Shown in pieces: positions 52,295-62,697 of a stretch of DNA of 64,000 nucleotides. Below the pieces are notes generated by a model. It did not search any database and was not told the DNA's origin. It was given only the letters and a program-made list of their open reading frames with translations. Within the stretch, counting starts at the first letter, position 1. The number at the start of each line of letters is the position of its first letter. The position numbers and the translations under genes are program-made. Source of the DNA: Candidatus Poribacteria bacterium (GTDB taxonomy: Bacteria; Poribacteria; WGA-4E; WGA-3G); assembly GCA_965205025.1 (NCBI GenBank), contig CBDBFU010000027.1, positions 70,294 through 134,293 of the forward strand, in the 5' to 3' direction.

Positions 52295-52438
52295 ATGAGG
52301 ATTAAGTTTTAAATTCGGTAATTCCCATTTTCCCAAACTTGGTAGGTTCGGTTTCCTAACCACGGGGAATGCTAAATAGCATTCATACCGTTGATTCGAA
52401 TTTCTAACACATTACCGAATTATTATTTTAATCTTCAT
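52295..52438. mobile_element. ATGA...TCAT MITE in the dnaK leader
   Basis: GTTGTTTTC|ATGAGGATTAA...TTAATCTTCAT|CTAAACAAC. Confidence 0.85.
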
Positions 52439-52473
52439 CTAAACAACAATAATATAATAATTGGAGAGATAAA

Positions 52474-54405
52474 ATGGGAAAAGTAATAGGAATTGATTTA
52501 GGGACAACAAACTCGTGCGTTGCGATTTTAGAAAGTGGTGAACCTAAGGTAATTGAAAATGCTGAAGGAAACCGAACGACGCCTTCTGTAGTCGGTTTTA
52601 CCAAAGAAGGGGAACGTCCAGTCGGACAGGTTGCAAAAAGACAAGCTATCACCAACCCTGAAAATACAATATTCTCAATCAAACGATTTATGGGTAGAAA
52701 GTTCAGCGAAATTGGTGATGAATCTTCCCGTGTGCCTTATGAATTAAAAAGTGATAAAGATGGTGACATTGTTGTTAATATAGAGGGTAAAGACTATACC
52801 CCACCTGAACTTTCAGCAATGGTTCTACGAAAAATGAAAGAAACAGCAGAGGCGTATCTCAGTGAAGAGGTCACACAAGCCGTTATCACTGTACCTGCAT
52901 ATTTTAATGATTCACAACGACAATCAACCGCTGATGCAGGTAAAATTGCGGGGTTAGAGGTATTACGGATTATCAACGAACCTACCGCTGCATCTCTTGC
53001 TTATGGATTACAAAATGAAGGTGATAAGAAGATTGCTGTTTATGACCTTGGGGGTGGAACGTTTGATATCTCAATTTTGGAAATCGGTGATGGTGTCTTT
53101 GAGGTAAAAAGCACTAATGGAGATACACACCTTGGTGGTGATGACTTTGACCAAGCGGTTATTGATTGGATGGCACAAGAATTCTTGAGTAGTCAAGGAA
53201 TTGATTTACGAAATGACCAGATGGCTCTCCAACGTTTGAAAGAGTCGGCAGAAACCGCGAAGTGTGAACTTTCCAGTACGCTTCAGACGGATATAAACCT
53301 ACCGTTCATTAGTGTTGATGCCAGCGGACCGAAACACCTAAACCTAACACTTACACGGGCGAAATTAGAACAGATTACAGACGATTTAGTGAATAGATCG
53401 TTGGAACCGTGTCGACAAGCACTCAGTGATGCCGAGATGCAACCTTCAGAAATTGATGAAGTTATTCTGGTTGGTGGTCAAACTCGGATGCCGAAGGTGC
53501 AGGATGCAGTTCAAGACCTATTTGGTAAAGAACCGCATAAAGGTGTCAATCCCGATGAAGTTGTCGCAGTTGGTGCAGCAATTCAAGGGGGTGTTCTTGC
53601 TGGTGATGAGGAAGTGAAGGATATTCTATTATTAGATGTTACCCCACTTTCACTCGGTATTGAAACGCTTGGAGGTATGTTTACACGGTTAATCGAAAAG
53701 AACACAACTATTCCAACGAAAAAATCTGAGAAGTTTACAACCGCAGAGGATAACCAAACTGCCGTAGATGTTCATGTCCTTCAAGGTGAACGGGAACAAG
53801 CAGTTTACAATAAAACCATCGGTAGATTTAGACTTGATGAAATCCCCGCTGCTCGTAGAGGCATGCCACAAATTGAAGTAACATTCGATATTGATGCAAA
53901 CGGTATCCTTAACGTATCAGCAAAGGATACAGGAACAGGGAAAGAGCAAAAAATAACAATTACTGCATCCTCTGGTCTGAGTGAGGAAGAAATCGAACAG
54001 ATGGTGAAAGATGCTGAAACACATGCTGAAGAAGATAAACAGAAGCGTGAGGAAGTTGAAACGCGCAACCAAGCAGATTCATTGATCTATGAGACTGAGA
54101 AGAATCTCAATGAATTCGGTGACAAGATTGATGATGCAACTAAAGAAAAGGTTAATGCTGCTGTTGAACGCGTAAAACAAGCATTGGAAGCAAACAACAA
54201 TGCCGAAATAAAAGCTGCATCTGATGACCTTATGAAGATCTGGCATGAAGCTTCAGCTGAGATTTATCAACAAGCTGCGGGTGCCGAACCTGGTGCAGCC
54301 CCAGAGGGAGATCCTTCTGCTGAATCTGCTGCAGAAGAGGATGTAGTTGACGCGGAATACGAAGTTGTTGATGAGGATGAGAATGAGAATAAGGATGAGA
54401 AGTAG
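52474..54405 (+). CDS. dnaK: Chaperone DnaK (Hsp70)
   Basis: [46 protein letters not shown]. Confidence 0.99.
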   Translation: MGKVIGIDLGTTNSCVAILESGEPKVIENAEGNRTTPSVVGFTKEGERPVGQVAKRQAITNPENTIFSIKRFMGRKFSEIGDESSRVPYELKSDKDGDIVVNIEGKDYTPPELSAMVLRKMKETAEAYLSEEVTQAVITVPAYFNDSQRQSTADAGKIAGLEVLRIINEPTAASLAYGLQNEGDKKIAVYDLGGGTFDISILEIGDGVFEVKSTNGDTHLGGDDFDQAVIDWMAQEFLSSQGIDLRNDQMALQRLKESAETAKCELSSTLQTDINLPFISVDASGPKHLNLTLTRAKLEQITDDLVNRSLEPCRQALSDAEMQPSEIDEVILVGGQTRMPKVQDAVQDLFGKEPHKGVNPDEVVAVGAAIQGGVLAGDEEVKDILLLDVTPLSLGIETLGGMFTRLIEKNTTIPTKKSEKFTTAEDNQTAVDVHVLQGEREQAVYNKTIGRFRLDEIPAARRGMPQIEVTFDIDANGILNVSAKDTGTGKEQKITITASSGLSEEEIEQMVKDAETHAEEDKQKREEVETRNQADSLIYETEKNLNEFGDKIDDATKEKVNAAVERVKQALEANNNAEIKAASDDLMKIWHEASAEIYQQAAGAEPGAAPEGDPSAESAAEEDVVDAEYEVVDEDENENKDEK

Positions 54406-54445
54406 GTAACCCACTCACCGCCTACTTCTTACAACAGGTGTTATT

Positions 54446-55051
54446 ATGGCTTATAGTGAGTTTACCTTAGAATCGGTAATCCCAACATTTCAACTTCAAA
54501 AAATAGACACTGCGGGCCTCTTTGCTGATGCGGAAACTGTTACACCAAGTGCGTATCTCACCACAGGATTGGAGAGAAAGGCATCATTGGCTACCGCTAT
54601 CGGCACCGAAAAAGCCCGGTCTGAACTGATTGTCGCTGATGTACTTGTTGAACTCCTTGAGCACTTTGATCGCCGCATCAGTCTATTCTCTGGGATTGAC
54701 TTCAACGTTGATGTTGAAGAGGGTTTGATGGGTGTGTGCGATTTTTTAGTGAGTCTGTCACCAAACCAATTTTATTTGGAAGCACCTATCGTTATTCTTG
54801 TTGAGGCAAAAAATGCTGATATAAAACTTGGCCTTGGGCAGTGTATCGCAGAGATGCTTGCTGCCCAACGTTTTAATGCCGATAAGGGCAATGACATCCC
54901 TTGCATTTACGGTGCCGCCACAACAGGAATAGATTGGCAATTCCTCAAATTGGAGGGAAAGTGTTTGCATCTTGATATGTCAACCTACACGATTGAACGG
55001 TGTGATAGAATTCTCGGCATCCTCTCCAGTATGGTAGCACAAAAGGTGTGA
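54446..55051 (+). CDS. Conserved hypothetical protein, likely PD-(D/E)xK fold
   Basis: TEKARSE, G.CDF, VEAK, GQCIAEM.AAQ.FN, TTG..WQF. Confidence 0.7.
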   Translation: MAYSEFTLESVIPTFQLQKIDTAGLFADAETVTPSAYLTTGLERKASLATAIGTEKARSELIVADVLVELLEHFDRRISLFSGIDFNVDVEEGLMGVCDFLVSLSPNQFYLEAPIVILVEAKNADIKLGLGQCIAEMLAAQRFNADKGNDIPCIYGAATTGIDWQFLKLEGKCLHLDMSTYTIERCDRILGILSSMVAQKV

Positions 55052-55145
55052 TGTAGCGTTTGACAACGTTTCTAATATCCTAATAATGAAATCCCTTCAC
55101 GATACGTCTGTGCAGATGTCTGCAAAGCACCCAAAACTCATCGTC

Positions 55146-55373
55146 TCAATCTGCTACCTCAGTATCTGCAGATTCCAAGAGTTTTGGCTTTTCACTCGGC
55201 AAGTTAGCGAATTTATATTTGCCAGACTGCCGCATTTTTTTCTGTAACTCTTGGTAATGCGCGACCAGTCGACTGACATCATGGTCAAACCGTGCAGAGA
55301 TTTTGTGCCGGACTTCGCGAACTTCCTTAACTATTTCACATTCGGTATTTTCTATGATTTCTCTGTCTCTCAT
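55146..55373 (-). CDS. Small protein, probable partner/antitoxin of the adjacent PIN gene
   Basis: EIVKEVREVRHKI; starts 1 bp after the PIN stop. Confidence 0.65.
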   Translation of the reverse strand: MRDREIIENTECEIVKEVREVRHKISARFDHDVSRLVAHYQELQKKMRQSGKYKFANLPSEKPKLLESADTEVAD

Positions 55374-55374
55374 T

Positions 55375-55863
55375 TTAAGTATTACCTCCGAAATAATCCA
55401 ATGGTGTTATTAATTCTGGTGTTGCTAAACCTATGTCTTGATTAATCTGCTGAATAAGAGAAAATTTGCTAGCATTGGCAATATGTGATTGATTCCAGGT
55501 AAGGAGTTCATCCATTTTGTGAAAAGAGGCAATTGCTAAGTGCAGTGCATCACCAGAGGGCTCTTGAGGCATTATCAATCTGTCAATATAAATTTGCGTG
55601 ATTTGAAGTATGTCAGCAGTGATCGGCAATATCTCAAGATGTGCAATTAAGGAAATCCGGTCCCGCGTTTTTTCACTTATTCCGTCACTAAGTTCCTCAA
55701 TAACGGTAGGACTTGTTGTGAGGATAAATAAATCTGCATATTTGTTCCACCATAACCGAGTTACTCTCTGTCGCGCGAGAGATCCTTCGTCGGTCCGCAA
55801 TGTATAATAGGTGCTAGGAATTGACGTATCAATGTAGATGCGTTTTCGTGTTTCCCTATGCAA
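55375..55863 (-). CDS. PIN-domain (VapC-like) protein
   Basis: IYIDTS, EEL, DALHLAIA, LLTWN..HIAN. Confidence 0.85.
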   Translation of the reverse strand: MHRETRKRIYIDTSIPSTYYTLRTDEGSLARQRVTRLWWNKYADLFILTTSPTVIEELSDGISEKTRDRISLIAHLEILPITADILQITQIYIDRLIMPQEPSGDALHLAIASFHKMDELLTWNQSHIANASKFSLIQQINQDIGLATPELITPLDYFGGNT

Positions 55864-55915
55864 TAATTATACTCTCCATTAAGGTTAAATGCAATACAAC
55901 AAGATGCAAACTGTT

Positions 55916-56842
55916 TTAATACCCTAACAGAGCGATCCCTTCACGATAAGTATTGGCGGATGTCTGCAGAGCATTTAGTTCTTCATCTGTCAGTTCAATC
56001 TCAATAATCTCTTCAATTCCGTTCGCACCCAGTTTAATTGGCACACCAATATAGAGATCATCAATTCCGTATTGTCCTGTGAGGTGTGCAGAACATGGGA
56101 GTAGACGTTTCTTATCTAAGATGATAGCTTCTGCCATCTGTGCCAATGATGCGCCAGCTGCATAATACCCACTGGTCTTGAGAAGGTTTACAACCTCAGC
56201 ACCACCATCACGGGTACGTTGTGCCATCTCTTCAATCCGCTCATTAGAAATCAATTGGGGTATAGGGATACCATTGACAGTCGTATAACGCGGAAGGGGT
56301 ACCATTGTATCCCCGTGTCCACCAAGAACGAGAGCATGGATATCTTCTACTGAAACACCCAGTTCAAGTGAAATAAAATAACGAAACCGAGCAGAATCCA
56401 AAACACCGGCTTGTCCAACAACACGTTGTGAGGGAAATCCTGAAACTTTCCATGCATGGTAAGTCATGATATCCAGTGGGTTGGTAAGCATCATAATAAT
56501 AGTATCAGGTGAATGTTTCACCACATTTTCCGTGACACTTCCAACGATGTTAGCATTCGTTTGCAATAGGTCTTCACGCGTCATCCCGGGTTTTCGTGGA
56601 GAACCGGAAGTAATAATCACTAAATCGGAATCTGCTGTTGCGGAATAATCAAGATCACCACTAATTGCAGCATCAAACAATTCTACCGGTCCCATCTCTG
56701 CCATATCCAGTGCCTTACCTTGTGGTACACCATCCACAATGTCTATCATCACGACATCACCAAGCTGCTTCTGTGCGATTAGGAATGCTGCTGTCGCACC
56801 GACATTACCGGCACCGATTACACTAATTTTCTTTCTTGCCAC
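55916..56842 (-). CDS. mdh: Malate dehydrogenase (LDH-like)
   Basis: GAGNVG, PRKPGMTREDL, TNPLD, LDSARF, GGHGD; GTG start with GGAGG. Confidence 0.97.
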   Translation of the reverse strand: MARKKISVIGAGNVGATAAFLIAQKQLGDVVMIDIVDGVPQGKALDMAEMGPVELFDAAISGDLDYSATADSDLVIITSGSPRKPGMTREDLLQTNANIVGSVTENVVKHSPDTIIMMLTNPLDIMTYHAWKVSGFPSQRVVGQAGVLDSARFRYFISLELGVSVEDIHALVLGGHGDTMVPLPRYTTVNGIPIPQLISNERIEEMAQRTRDGGAEVVNLLKTSGYYAAGASLAQMAEAIILDKKRLLPCSAHLTGQYGIDDLYIGVPIKLGANGIEEIIEIELTDEELNALQTSANTYREGIALLGY

Positions 56843-56941
56843 TTCTTCCTCCGTTTGAATAGATTACTATAAAAATCTGTTCTAATGAATTCTACGTATT
56901 TCAATTCTAACTAATCAATGCTGCTGTTAGATTCGTGTCTG

Positions 56942-57415
56942 TTAATTTTCGACATTCCTTAGTTTATCAAGGAACGTCATAGGATCTAAGATTTCAATCC
57001 CGTATTCAAAAAGATTTCGTTTGAGTTTAGGGTCATCCAGGAGATCTTTGTCATAAGATACCAAAAATTGGACTTTTTCCTGAATAGCACAATCAACTAA
57101 GGGGTTATCGCTGACATCCCGACAGAACTCAAATGAGAATTTAATTTCAACAATACTTGCTTTTTGATTAATCTCGTCTATTAGACCTGCCGCTTTCCTT
57201 AGCTGAAATCGATATCTCCGTATGAAGGATCTGCGTGAAACCACGTCCTGAAGTTCTTCAACAACCATCTTCGGTAGCACAAGTATGAAATTTTTGTTAC
57301 GCCAAAGTTTGATTAACTCATTAGCGAGATTATCTGCCTGAATTATTGCTCGGACAAAAATATTGGTGTCAATTGTCGCATGGTAAATCTGCAGCCGCTG
57401 TTCTGGCTCGTTCAC
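56942..57415 (-). CDS. PIN-family putative toxin
   Basis: IDTNIFV, EEL, CRD..DN...CA, LVSYDKDLL. Confidence 0.85.
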   Translation of the reverse strand: MNEPEQRLQIYHATIDTNIFVRAIIQADNLANELIKLWRNKNFILVLPKMVVEELQDVVSRRSFIRRYRFQLRKAAGLIDEINQKASIVEIKFSFEFCRDVSDNPLVDCAIQEKVQFLVSYDKDLLDDPKLKRNLFEYGIEILDPMTFLDKLRNVEN

Positions 57416-58526
57416 GTCTTACCTCTTTAACTGTGTCAACGATCTCTTGAATTAATTCCTTTTCCTCCTGTGAACTTGCGAATGCTTTATGGAAATCTGA
57501 CAAAATATCCTCCCACTCTATTTGAGATTTTTCTCGCTTTGTTCGGGGAGGCATATATTTCTCCCACAATTGCAGCGTAATTGAATCCGATAGCACTAGT
57601 GGATAATATGCGTATTTCTCCTGATATTCCTTACGTTCTGCCTCTGAAATCGATTGCCAATAAGCATAAATATTGTTTAGGTCTTGTTTCAACTCGGTAC
57701 TATCCACAAAGTCTTGCTGTTCTCTGATGTCCCCCAGGAAAAGTGGTACGAATTGCTTGTGGAACGGGTCATCTGAACAAAAAACTTGACAAAATGGAAG
57801 ATAGAACAGATATTCCAGAGACACGCGACTTGTTTGGGTTCCGATTAAACCGTTTGCGATTGCAGTATAAAACGCAGTGAAAACTGTAAGACAGTAGTAT
57901 GCATAAGGCGCGAATTCCTTCAAAGGAGGCATGCCACATTCAAACCATCTGTCACGAATTGGTTCCGAAAGACCTGAAAGCTCCGCCTCATCTAATAAGA
58001 ATTCAAAGTTTTCTACTTGTTGCTGAAGGTCATCGGTATCACAAAATGCCAATGTAGCGGATTTAAGCTCCGCAAATGAAGTCACAGAAGGAAAATTATA
58101 ACCATTCCGTAATTTGTCTAAATCAATTGTTCGAGTTGAAGAACGCCATCTCTCTGATAATACTTGTTTAGTTGTGGAGACTTCACCCACATTCCAACAC
58201 CGTAAAGCCTCTTTTTCAGGATGAACTCCAAATGGTAGACTTTCCTGATCAGTGAGTATGGCATCAATACGAGAGGGGAGTCTATCAGGATGGCTTCTAT
58301 CTAATAGGTTATGCGCAACGGAAATTCGATAGTGCATTGTAAAGCACTGATCCGTTGGCTGAATTTTGGTCGCAATTTCTGTTATCCCATCTTCCTTTTT
58401 CTGTAGAAGAATATCAATAAATTGAACCGGTGCGTAAACAACCAAATAGTAACGGTTGAGACACCAAATTTCCTCCTCAGAAAGAGATTGTAAGACGGAT
58501 TTATCAAGAAAAAATTGAGGACCCAT
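57369..58526 (-). CDS. 385-aa hypothetical protein; possible PIN-like fold with an antitoxin-like C-terminal tail
   Basis: FLDKS near the N-terminus, YLPFCQVFCSDD, C-terminal EIVDTVKEVRRE overlapping the next PIN gene. Confidence 0.55.
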   Translation of the reverse strand: MGPQFFLDKSVLQSLSEEEIWCLNRYYLVVYAPVQFIDILLQKKEDGITEIATKIQPTDQCFTMHYRISVAHNLLDRSHPDRLPSRIDAILTDQESLPFGVHPEKEALRCWNVGEVSTTKQVLSERWRSSTRTIDLDKLRNGYNFPSVTSFAELKSATLAFCDTDDLQQQVENFEFLLDEAELSGLSEPIRDRWFECGMPPLKEFAPYAYYCLTVFTAFYTAIANGLIGTQTSRVSLEYLFYLPFCQVFCSDDPFHKQFVPLFLGDIREQQDFVDSTELKQDLNNIYAYWQSISEAERKEYQEKYAYYPLVLSDSITLQLWEKYMPPRTKREKSQIEWEDILSDFHKAFASSQEEKELIQEIVDTVKEVRRERARTAAADLPCDN

Positions 58527-58530
58527 TTTC

Positions 58531-58668
58531 CTACCTCTCTCCCTGCTTGCGAATTGCTACCAATTCTTCCAAGATACGTTTATGAAGACGATATAACTCA
58601 ACCCCTATCCCAAAACCAATACCAACTAACAGACCAATTCCAAGGGCAAGTTTTGTTTTTATAGTCAT
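58531..58668 (-). CDS. 45-aa single-TM small protein (below the ORF-track cutoff)
   Basis: MTIKTKLALGIGLLVGIGFGIGVELYRLHKRILEELVAIRKQGER*; fills the icd-to-58526 gap. Confidence 0.6.
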   Translation of the reverse strand: MTIKTKLALGIGLLVGIGFGIGVELYRLHKRILEELVAIRKQGER

Positions 58669-58700
58669 GTGCCTATTCCTTGTTATATGTAACGGTATTT

Positions 58701-59969
58701 TTACAAAAAGTTCTCAATAATTGCTTCACCAAATTCGGATGTGCGAACCTTTGTAGCACCTTCCATTAGACGTTCCAAATCGTATGTAACACGTTTCTGA
58801 AGGATAGTCTTTTCAAGTCCATTGATAATCAAATCAGCTGCCTCTTGCCAACCAATATGCTCTAACATCATTACAGCGGAGAGGATAAGTGAACTTGGAT
58901 TGACAACATCCTGATCAGTATATTTGGGGGCAGTTCCGTGTGTGGCTTCAAAGAGAGCTACCTCATCGTTGAGATTACCACCTGGTGCCATACCAATTCC
59001 ACCAACTTGAGCTGCTGCCGCATCAGAGAGATAGTCCCCATTCAAATTCGGTGTGACAATTACGTCGTACTCATCTGTCCGAGTTAATATCTGTTGAAGC
59101 ATACTATCAGCAATTCTGTCATTAACGACTATTTTTCCATCAGGAACATTCCCGTCATATTCATCATACAGTTCGGATTCAGTAATCGTTTCATTAGGAA
59201 ATTCTTCTTTTGCCAGTTCATAACCCCAAGCACAGAATGCCCCTTCAGTAAATTTCATGATATTACCTTTATGTACAAAGGTAACACTTTTTCTATCGTG
59301 TTCAATTGCATATTGAATTGCCATCCGTGCTAAACGTTTTGTGCCAAAAATACTAATAGGCTTAATTCCAACCCCCGAATCTTCACGGATCTCCACCCCC
59401 ATCTCAGTTTTCAGCAGATCAATAACTTTCTTTACCTCAGGAGTTCCTTGTTCCCATTCTATACCGGCGTAAACATCTTCCGTGTTTTCACGGAAGATGA
59501 CGACATCCATCTTTTCAGGATGTGTAACGGGAGCGGGGACACCTTGAAAATATCGAACAGGTCGAACACATGCATATAGTTCGAGAACCTGTCGTAAAGT
59601 TACATTTAAACTCCGAAAACCACCACCAACAGGAGTCGTTAATGGTCCTTTTAATGCAACACGAAAATGCTCAATGGCATTAAATGTATCCTGTGGCAAC
59701 CATTCGTTATACTTTTCCATTGCGTTTTCACCGGCATAGACATCAAACCATACAATCTGCTTATTGCCACCATAAGCATTCTCGACAGCAGCATCAACAA
59801 CACGACGAGTTGTTTTCATGATGTCTCGTCCAATACCGTCCCCTTCAATTACAGGGATAATAGGTTTATTAGGGATAACACTCTGTCCATTGACAGAGTG
59901 TATTGTCTCACCATCGGATGGAGGCGTCAATTGGTCAAAATCAATCACTGGTATTCCTCTCTGATTCAC
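58701..59969 (-). CDS. icd: NADP-dependent isocitrate dehydrogenase
   Basis: [54 protein letters not shown]. Confidence 0.97.
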   Translation of the reverse strand: MNQRGIPVIDFDQLTPPSDGETIHSVNGQSVIPNKPIIPVIEGDGIGRDIMKTTRRVVDAAVENAYGGNKQIVWFDVYAGENAMEKYNEWLPQDTFNAIEHFRVALKGPLTTPVGGGFRSLNVTLRQVLELYACVRPVRYFQGVPAPVTHPEKMDVVIFRENTEDVYAGIEWEQGTPEVKKVIDLLKTEMGVEIREDSGVGIKPISIFGTKRLARMAIQYAIEHDRKSVTFVHKGNIMKFTEGAFCAWGYELAKEEFPNETITESELYDEYDGNVPDGKIVVNDRIADSMLQQILTRTDEYDVIVTPNLNGDYLSDAAAAQVGGIGMAPGGNLNDEVALFEATHGTAPKYTDQDVVNPSSLILSAVMMLEHIGWQEAADLIINGLEKTILQKRVTYDLERLMEGATKVRTSEFGEAIIENFL

Positions 59970-60021
59970 AGAAAATCTATACTATTTACTATTAATGAGG
60001 GAGTATGACAGAAACTTTCAA

Positions 60022-61575
60022 TTATTCAAAAATATTTGTACCCGCCATCATGTTGTGTAAAGATACAACCTCGTTTGGTACCGTCATATCATCAGATGGG
60101 GTAGGAATAATATCTGGATCTGGGGGAATGACAGGTCGGATAATTTTCATCTGAAGTTGTTCACGCGCATCCATTATCCAACCAAATCCTCGGAAGATAT
60201 AGGTCAGGAATGTTCTATCACTTTCATATATATCCAAACCTTCCTGAACAGCCCAACCACCGAAGTCTGTATTAGGTGTTAAACGGAGAGGTGGTTCGTT
60301 CTCTCGTCCTGGACGTACCATCCCTTCAATGAAGGCGATTTGATATATACGTTGTATAATTGCTAAACGTTTTCTCTGTTTATCTGTGAGTTGGATTTCA
60401 CCTTTGTTAACAGCATCTAAGAAAGGATTGAAATAGATTGCGGGTCTCGGATCTTGTTGGATTTCATCTGTTCGACCAGCGGCAGCAATTTCGGGATGTC
60501 CAAAGGTAGGAAGAGCAATAGTCATTCTCTCACGAATAGCGGTTTCTCTTGCAGCATCATCAAGTGGCTCAATCTGATTAATAAAAGATGTCATATCATG
60601 AATAGCACCAAAATGTCGATCACCGTCTAATGTCATCTGTGCGGCTACAAAGAAATCTGACACGGCACCAGCATATAAGGTTGCAAGGTATCGAGCAACG
60701 ACGTTTGAACCAGCAGATCCATGATGTGTTTGAATGATCCCCATACGTTCTAATATATTCGATTCAACAGAACTGGCTTCTCTCCCTAAAAGTAGACTAT
60801 AACATGTTTGGAAGGCTGTTTTTCCGTTTTTCTTGTGTTCTTCAATAAGATCATTTGCACGCATCGCCAACACTTGCGGGTGTAATGCATTACTGTTTCT
60901 AAGCTGATGGCGCATATACACAGATAATGTTCCCAATGCAACATTTTCCATATGTGTAGTAATTAACTCAATAAGAAGTGCCCCAGGTTTTCTTGTGCCT
61001 TTAATACCTTTTTGATTTGGATGGCTTAATTTACGATGAGTGGAAAAATGTTGAATGACTGCCTCAGGTCCAGCATCAGGGAAGGCTTTTACAAATTCGG
61101 CTACCTGATTGATGAGGCGATGTTTACCAGTAAGTCCTTCTTGACGAAGGTTTATACACCGATAAAATTTCTTGTCTATTAATTCTGAAAGTATAGCTTC
61201 TTCATCTAAGTCATCAGATTGCCCAGGTTTTCTGCCAAAAAGTCCAGCAAAGATAACAAAAGCGGGGGAAAGTTGGTTGGCTATTATTTCGCTTTCAGTT
61301 ACAACTCCTCGAATTCCAAAACTTCTGATATTGAGTGTTATTTGTGTATCTCCACAGTTTACGCCAGTCTTGTGTAAAACAGGATTAGCGAATACATTTG
61401 TGGATTGCGGCATTGAACTAAAATTTTTTAAAGCTGATACTATTCCATCCTCCCCTAATTCTGTTGCCCGATCAATTGATTCTGTTACAGGGGAATAATC
61501 GGAGGCAGCGGGAACTTCAGACAGGATTTTTTTTACACCCGCTACCTGTTTCGCCTCCATTTTCTTATCCAACAT
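60022..61575 (-). CDS. Highly divergent citrate synthase-family protein
   Basis: THHGSAGS, GDRHFGA, PTFGH, DPR, PNTDF in the citrate synthase order; next to icd; RBS AAGGAG before ATG 61575. Confidence 0.65.
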   Translation of the reverse strand: MLDKKMEAKQVAGVKKILSEVPAASDYSPVTESIDRATELGEDGIVSALKNFSSMPQSTNVFANPVLHKTGVNCGDTQITLNIRSFGIRGVVTESEIIANQLSPAFVIFAGLFGRKPGQSDDLDEEAILSELIDKKFYRCINLRQEGLTGKHRLINQVAEFVKAFPDAGPEAVIQHFSTHRKLSHPNQKGIKGTRKPGALLIELITTHMENVALGTLSVYMRHQLRNSNALHPQVLAMRANDLIEEHKKNGKTAFQTCYSLLLGREASSVESNILERMGIIQTHHGSAGSNVVARYLATLYAGAVSDFFVAAQMTLDGDRHFGAIHDMTSFINQIEPLDDAARETAIRERMTIALPTFGHPEIAAAGRTDEIQQDPRPAIYFNPFLDAVNKGEIQLTDKQRKRLAIIQRIYQIAFIEGMVRPGRENEPPLRLTPNTDFGGWAVQEGLDIYESDRTFLTYIFRGFGWIMDAREQLQMKIIRPVIPPDPDIIPTPSDDMTVPNEVVSLHNMMAGTNIFE

Positions 61576-61731
61576 GTAGTCTCCTTCGTTCAGAATCTGA
61601 ACCGTCCAAGGGTATATTATTTTCAATCACAACTGGAAATCCAACACGAAAAGTCGTATTTAGGATGAAGTGTTTTCAGATTCTATTAATTAAGAAAGTT
61701 TGTTGACTGATTGTTATTTAGTCTACAAGAT

Positions 61732-61760
61732 ATTTTATCAAATATCCTATTATAAGTCAA
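61732..61760 (-). promoter_or_regulatory. sigma70 promoter (extended -10) of the TCA cluster
   Basis: Minus strand TTGACT-17 bp-TAAAAT with TG upstream of the -10. Confidence 0.55.
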
Positions 61761-62134
61761 GATTAAGTTGAATTAGCTAAGCTATTCCTATCCATATTTG
61801 TATTAGTTTAAAATCATAGTTATTACTTGAAATTTGATTTGCAGAAAACACGCATTTATAGTATCATATAAACAAGGTCGTAATGATTAAAGGACTGCAT
61901 TTTTATTATCACCTTACAAGTAATGTGAGTTTGAAAAGACACATTGTAACCCGATGTATAAACTAACACCAGAGTGCACAAACTGGAAAGTTTGTGCTAC
62001 AAAGGCTATCCTCAGGACAAAATACTGTTTATAGAACTGACATTTCTTATTTATCAAGCTGGCGTTACAAGTATTATTGAGGATTATCAGTCCGTCGTAT
62101 TTTACAAATATAGAACAGATAAGGAGCATATGAT

Positions 62135-62428
62135 ATGAGCAATGAAGCATTAGGAATGGTTGAAACTCGAGGATTAGTTGGTGCTGTTGAAGCAGCTGAC
62201 ACAATGGTAAAAGCCGCGAATGTGAAATTGATTGGAAAAGAACAGGTCGGTGGTGGTTTTGTCACTGTCATGGTTCGCGGTGATGTAGGTGCTGTACAGG
62301 CAGCAACAGATGCCGGTGCTGAAGCAGCTAAAGCGGTTGGTGAATTGGTATCGGTACATGTTATTCCTCGTCCACATTCCGATGTCGAAGCAATTCTTGG
62401 TGCAGCTTCCGATGATTCGGATGCCTAA
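62135..62428 (+). CDS. Bacterial microcompartment hexamer shell protein (EutM/PduA-like)
   Basis: [40 protein letters not shown]. Confidence 0.95.
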   Translation: MSNEALGMVETRGLVGAVEAADTMVKAANVKLIGKEQVGGGFVTVMVRGDVGAVQAATDAGAEAAKAVGELVSVHVIPRPHSDVEAILGAASDDSDA

Positions 62429-62697
62429 TCCGTTGTTTGCGTTAGAATCAGTGTAACTTGTAAAACCGTTTAACAACGAGTATAACAAAGTCAACGAGTA
62501 TAACAAAGTTAGTAGGATTCATCTGCATCACAAAATATCTATTTTATTGAATCCTTCGAAACTATTTATAATGAACCGATTCGAATACAGTAATCTCTTA
62601 TTGAATTCCTATATAGAATCGGTGTGACTCTTACAAGGTTTACTGGTTTCTTCGTTTTCAGTTTATATCTACCTGATTTGAAGTATTGGAGGACTGA

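Noticed and set aside
52140-52473. CIRCE/HrcA control of dnaK
   Set aside because: No TTAGCACTC-N9-GAGTGCTAA is present.
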